From: Promethearchaeota archaeon
GTDB taxonomy: Archaea; Asgardarchaeota; Lokiarchaeia; Sigyniarchaeales; SOKP01
Length of the DNA stretch: 12,841 nt
Direction: 5' to 3'
Assembly (NCBI GenBank): GCA_048940925.1
Contig: JBHLOC010000075.1
Coordinates: 1 to 12,841, forward strand
Made by a program: the position numbers and the translations under genes. The notes under the pieces are model-generated. The model was not told the DNA's origin, did no database searches, and saw only the letters and a program-made list of their open reading frames with translations. This document shows, piece after piece, positions 9,370 through 12,841 of the stretch (positions within the stretch are counted from its first letter, which is position 1; each line of letters begins with the position of its first letter).

Positions 9370-9510
9370 ATTCTTTATACATTTTCTAATAAGAAGGTCG
9401 AAATCGTGGTAACAAAAATCATCCACGGGAGGGAAGTAACTAATCGTGGCGCTCTTAGAAACCCAGAATCTTTAGATTACTACATGGAGATGAAAGATAA
9501 ACTTAAATAA
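9370..9510 (+). repeat. Second copy of the acetoacetate--CoA ligase 3' end (46 codons plus stop; corresponds to 6021-6161)
   Basis: Translates as ILYTFSNKKVEIVVTKIIHGREVTNRGALRNPESLDYYMEMKDKLK*. By hand, 42/46 aa are identical, with 17 synonymous and 4 non-synonymous codon differences. No start codon or upstream homology. Confidence 0.95.
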
Positions 9511-9584
9511 ATCAAAATTTTAAAAATTTTTTTTATAATTTTAGAATAGTCGATCTTACCTTTACAAGTAAATAATTCAAGATA

Positions 9585-9759
9585 TTAATGAATGTTTATG
9601 CATTTGGCTAAGCATCGGTTCACACATGCATTACAATTTATACATTTTTTTTGGCTGATTTATCTGAACCTTCTTATCTCGTTCATTAAAAAGATAAATT
9701 CCTCGAGGACACACGTCAATACAAACCTTACAACCAATACACTCTTCACGATTTACGAA
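9585..9759 (-). pseudogene. 2x[4Fe-4S] ferredoxin-type domain remnant (5'-truncated, frameshifted)
   Basis: Minus strand reads FVNREECIGCKVCIDVCPRGIYLFNERDKKVQINQP, then one extra base in the T8 run at 9645-9652, then KKCINCNACVNRCLAKCINIH*. Two CxxCxxCxxxC motifs; no in-frame start. Confidence 0.85.
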
Positions 9760-9879
9760 AAGTACAAAGATGGGGAATCTTTAAGAGAGCATCTTGATCA
9801 AGTACCGAAAACGCATGCAAAGTTAATGCCACTTTTAGAGCCAGGGCAAGAATTAAAGAAATGTTATGAAATATTATAA
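9751..9879 (+). pseudogene. C-terminal fragment resembling an ABM/putative quinol monooxygenase domain
   Basis: IYEKYKDGESLREHLDQVPKTHAKLMPLLEPGQELKKCYEIL* resembles the YExY/W...H C-terminal half of ABM domains, and it ends just before the SCP2-like gene. The N-terminal half is replaced by antisense ferredoxin sequence. Confidence 0.5.
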
Positions 9880-9886
9880 AAAAAAT

Positions 9887-10309
9887 ATGGAGGGGATAAA
9901 ATTAACAGCAGAAAATTATGTTGACAAAAGAAAAAGATTTTACGAATCATTAAATAACAATAATAAGTTTAAAGAAAAATTTAAAGATGAAAAATTTAAA
10001 ATTCTCTTAAATCCAAAGGATGGTAAATACGCAGCATTAATTATTGTTGAAAAAGGTACCGTTTCAGTTGAGAAGTTACCGAATTATCCTATAAGTAATT
10101 TTGATGAAAATATCTTAGGATGGGATGCCATGATGCAAACAACGTTAGAAATATTTGACGAAATTGGACAAGGAAAACTCTCAACTAGTGCTATAATGAA
10201 AAAGGTACTTATGCGTAAAATTAAAATGAAAAATCCTATCCTCCTACTTAAACTCAACGAAAACGATGAATTATTAAAAGAAGAAGGAAAAAATTCTTTA
10301 CTTCTTTAA
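9887..10309 (+). CDS. SCP2 sterol/lipid-binding-domain-like protein
   Basis: FYESLNNNNKFKEKF...ILLNPKDGKYAALIIVEKGTVSV...WDAMMQTTLEIFDEIGQGKLS...KVLMRKIKMKNPILLLKL fits the SCP2 fold pattern. ATG 9887 is preferred; ATG 9866 is the alternative. Confidence 0.7.
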   Translation: MEGIKLTAENYVDKRKRFYESLNNNNKFKEKFKDEKFKILLNPKDGKYAALIIVEKGTVSVEKLPNYPISNFDENILGWDAMMQTTLEIFDEIGQGKLSTSAIMKKVLMRKIKMKNPILLLKLNENDELLKEEGKNSLLL

Positions 10310-10380
10310 ATTATATTTTTAGCTGAAAAAAAAATTATTAAATAGAACTATTAAAAAGACTTTTTCTTCCTTAATTTTTA

Positions 10381-10635
10381 CTTATAAATGAAGATTATGA
10401 ATTAAATGATGAATTAAAGACAAAAATTCGGCAATCTCTACTTGAGAAGACCTTCCCAAGACATGTTCCAAAGCTTATCTACGCAACTCCACCTGACGGC
10501 ATTCCATATACCTTCAGTGATAAAAAGGTCGAAATTACAGTCACTAAAATCATCTACAGCATGGAAGTCAACCGCGGTGGCCTTAGAAACCTAAAATCGC
10601 TAGACTTCTGCATGGAAATGAAGGATAAACTTTAA
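10381..10635 (+). repeat. Third, more decayed copy of the acetoacetate--CoA ligase 3' end (84 codons plus stop; corresponds to 5901-6158)
   Basis: LINEDYELNDELKTKIRQSLLEKTFPRHVPKLIYATPPDGIPYTFSDKKVEITVTKIIYSMEV-NRGGLRNLKSLDFCMEMKDKL*. By hand, 65/84 aa are identical with one codon deleted. 22 nt are identical at the end (6134-6155 = 10611-10632). Confidence 0.95.
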
Positions 10636-10804
10636 GAATAGTTTTTTATTTTTTTTATTATTATTTGTAAAATCAATAAGTTAATTAGCGCATATTGAGA
10701 ATTATAAAATCAAGCTCATCCCTTACTAAAAATATGGATTAAAAAGAATAAAAATTTTAATTTAGAGTTTAAACTTTTTGATTTCCTGATTTAAAAACAA
10801 AGTA

Positions 10805-12259
10805 CTAATGCCTATTAACGCCCAATTCTATTGCTCTATCTGAAAGAATTTTAGTTACAATTTCAACATCCTTATTAATGGTTCGTTTAGCATATACCCA
10901 CATTATTATACCAGGAAGAGCCAGTAAAAATAGAATCAATGCAGTGATTTCAAAGTTGTTATAGGTTATGATTAATAATAAGGAAGCTATAGTAGGTCCA
11001 ATTCCTTGTCCAATTGTTTCCACAAATTGATTCCATGATGAAACTATCCCTTGTGCTTCTGGAAGATTTATTGTTTGGAGGACTGGTGGTTGATTAGTGT
11101 TATAAAGAATTGAAACAGTAAATCTAGTAAATAAAAGTATTCCTAACACCCATATCCAAGCGGATTGTAGTAAGAAAAGGATGTTATTTCCTTCTAGTAA
11201 CGAAAATCCTGGTAGCGGAATGAGAAAAAATACCAATTGGATGATTCCTACTAAAATTAACGCTAAAATGATCAAATTTAAACGTTTTTTAATATCCTTG
11301 CTTCCCCATTTATCCGATCTCTTTGAAAATAAGATAGTGCCTGCAATTGTACCTGGTACTGCAAAAATTATCATAAATAAAGCAACTGATATTGAACTAA
11401 GATTATTAGGTTCTTGCTGAAGAAATAATACCATTAAAAATTGCACAGTCCCGAATAAAATCCATGAAAAAATACCTTCTATTAATGCGAGTAAGTTTGT
11501 TGATCTAAAAATAGTTAATCTCACAGTATTTTTTGTCATACGGTAATCATATTTTACGTATGAATCTTGATTAGATAAAACAGCTTTTAGTTCATCTGAT
11601 GAGTGTAATCCTCTAATTGGTTCCCGAATATGCAGGAAAACGTTTACAGCGCTCAAAATAATTAATATTCCTATTATCCAAAAATATAACCTCCAAAATC
11701 CATTCTGAATTAAAATAGCTGAAAAGATCATCCCTATGGGTATAAATAATGAGCCAACTGAATAATACCTTCCGAAAAATGCTGAACGATTATCCTTTTC
11801 AAGAAAATCATTTGTATAGCTAAGTAAAATAGGTCTAATCCCACCAATTCCAAACCCTGATAGAATGCTAGCAATTATATATATATACCATGTATTCATG
11901 CCTTGTCCTGCGGGAGGAATTCCATATAGGGTCCAAGCAATTCCCGTTAGTAAAAGCACAAATATCAGCAATTTCTTACGAGAATATCTATCTGTCAACC
12001 CTCCTATTAATATACCAGAAAAAGCAGTAGCCCAGAGACTTGTTGTAAGTATTAAACCCATCTCTAAAAGATGAACTGATTCACCTGGCCATATAATATT
12101 AGATAATGTTATCATGTTTATTATTATTGTTGCATGAGTTAGAGAAATAAAGGCATAAGATAGCATTATTGGCCATAATTCTTTTATCCTTGAATTTTTC
12201 TCAGTAACTCCAGATTTCAACTTTTTTCGATTTAAAAATTCATGTACCATTAAAATCAC
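10805..12259 (-). CDS. Major facilitator superfamily transporter
   Basis: 484 aa with about 12 hydrophobic segments, motif A (GGLTDRYSRK) and the C-domain counterpart (SKRSDKWGSK). Confidence 0.93.
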   Translation of the reverse strand: MILMVHEFLNRKKLKSGVTEKNSRIKELWPIMLSYAFISLTHATIIINMITLSNIIWPGESVHLLEMGLILTTSLWATAFSGILIGGLTDRYSRKKLLIFVLLLTGIAWTLYGIPPAGQGMNTWYIYIIASILSGFGIGGIRPILLSYTNDFLEKDNRSAFFGRYYSVGSLFIPIGMIFSAILIQNGFWRLYFWIIGILIILSAVNVFLHIREPIRGLHSSDELKAVLSNQDSYVKYDYRMTKNTVRLTIFRSTNLLALIEGIFSWILFGTVQFLMVLFLQQEPNNLSSISVALFMIIFAVPGTIAGTILFSKRSDKWGSKDIKKRLNLIILALILVGIIQLVFFLIPLPGFSLLEGNNILFLLQSAWIWVLGILLFTRFTVSILYNTNQPPVLQTINLPEAQGIVSSWNQFVETIGQGIGPTIASLLLIITYNNFEITALILFLLALPGIIMWVYAKRTINKDVEIVTKILSDRAIELGVNRH

Positions 12260-12302
12260 CTTTTTTTATATACTTTTTATTTTCATATTTGAATATATCA
12301 CA

Positions 12303-12319
12303 ATCGGAAATGTTCCGAT
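12303..12319. promoter_or_regulatory. Palindrome ATCGGAA-atg-TTCCGAT, candidate operator between divergent MFS and MarR genes
   Basis: Perfect 7-bp arms with a 3-nt spacer, GC-richer than the surrounding DNA, about 45 bp upstream of the MFS start. Confidence 0.5.
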
Positions 12320-12440
12320 AGTAAAATATAAACTTTTTTGATATTTAAATATTTTTGTTATGAAAATGATCCATTGTGGAAATATTTAAATTAAATACAT
12401 AACTATTTTAAGCATGTAAAATCGAACCAATGTGTAAGGT

Positions 12441-12841
12441 ATGGCTGAAACTGAACAAGATATATTCCATCTATTCGAATTATTATTTGAAAAATTTACT
12501 AAGTTGGAGGAAAGTTTTCCTCCAATGAGAAAAAAAATAGGAAAAAAATTCTCTATTGTCCAACTAGTTGGAAATAATAAAACGTGCAATATGAAGGATA
12601 TTGTTGAAAATTTAAATTTACCTTCGAGTACAGCAACCAGGCAAGTCGATAAATTAGTTAGTTTAGATTTAATCAAACGAGAAATACCTCCCGATAATAG
12701 AAGAATGGTTATTCTATCTCTCACAGATTCTGGTCAGAAATTTTACTCAAATTATAAGGAACATCGGAACCTTGTTGAAAACAAATTAATAAAAGCATTA
12801 TCTGATCATGAGAAGGAAGTTCTTATAAAAATATTAAACAG
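12441..12841 (+). CDS. MarR-family winged-helix transcriptional regulator, 3' end outside window
   Basis: Not in the ORF track because it is open at the window end. MAETEQDIFHLFELLF...CNMKDIVENLNLPSSTATRQVDKLVSLDLIKREIPPDNRRMVILSLTDSGQKFY...LSDHEKEVLIKILN has the HTH, the D-x-R-R wing and the LTxxG motif. Confidence 0.93.
   Translation, partial: MAETEQDIFHLFELLFEKFTKLEESFPPMRKKIGKKFSIVQLVGNNKTCNMKDIVENLNLPSSTATRQVDKLVSLDLIKREIPPDNRRMVILSLTDSGQKFYSNYKEHRNLVENKLIKALSDHEKEVLIKILN
12504..12525. repeat. Inverted repeat TTGGAGGAAA-gt-TTTCCTCCAA inside the MarR gene
   Basis: Perfect 10-bp arms with a 2-nt spacer. Confidence 0.7.

Noticed and set aside
5901-10635. Tail repeats as a diversity-generating retroelement TR/VR pair or a CRISPR-like array
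   Set aside because: Differences are mostly third-position and not adenine-specific, no reverse transcriptase is present, and there is no regular repeat-spacer period.
1207-12074. Short ORFs 1207-1392, 1688-1915, 2728-2991, 4600-4791, 5449-5646, 11181-11420 and 11865-12074
   Set aside because: All lie within longer, well-supported genes (antisense or alternate frame) and show no recognisable motifs.
12386-12724. 112-aa minus-strand ORF
   Set aside because: It is the antisense shadow of the MarR gene on the plus strand.

Overview
Very AT-rich archaeal-type DNA. The gene families (NosD-like beta-helix and beta-propeller surface proteins, ADP-forming acyl-CoA ligase, SCP2-like protein, free-standing LAGLIDADG protein) suggest an Asgard/Lokiarchaeia-like genome; this is inference only. 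Order: 3' part of an ADP-forming acyl-CoA synthetase alpha subunit; two membrane-anchored extracellular proteins; an acetoacetate-CoA ligase gene; a convergent LAGLIDADG endonuclease gene; about 4 kb of decayed cargo; an MFS transporter; a divergent MarR regulator. Two features stand out. (1) The ligase gene is interrupted inside its conserved WMMWNW motif by a 30-nt, stop-containing insert (5106-5135). The insert folds with its flanks into a bulge-helix-bulge (BHB) motif, and the canonical cut positions remove exactly those 30 nt and restore a 662-aa enzyme. This is a candidate splicing-endonuclease-type mRNA intron in a metabolic gene. (2) The ligase 3' end occurs three times in tandem (5901-6161, 9370-9510, 10381-10635), diverged largely at synonymous sites and separated by unrelated cargo. 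This suggests repeated gene-end-replacing insertions, the most recent carrying the homing endonuclease.
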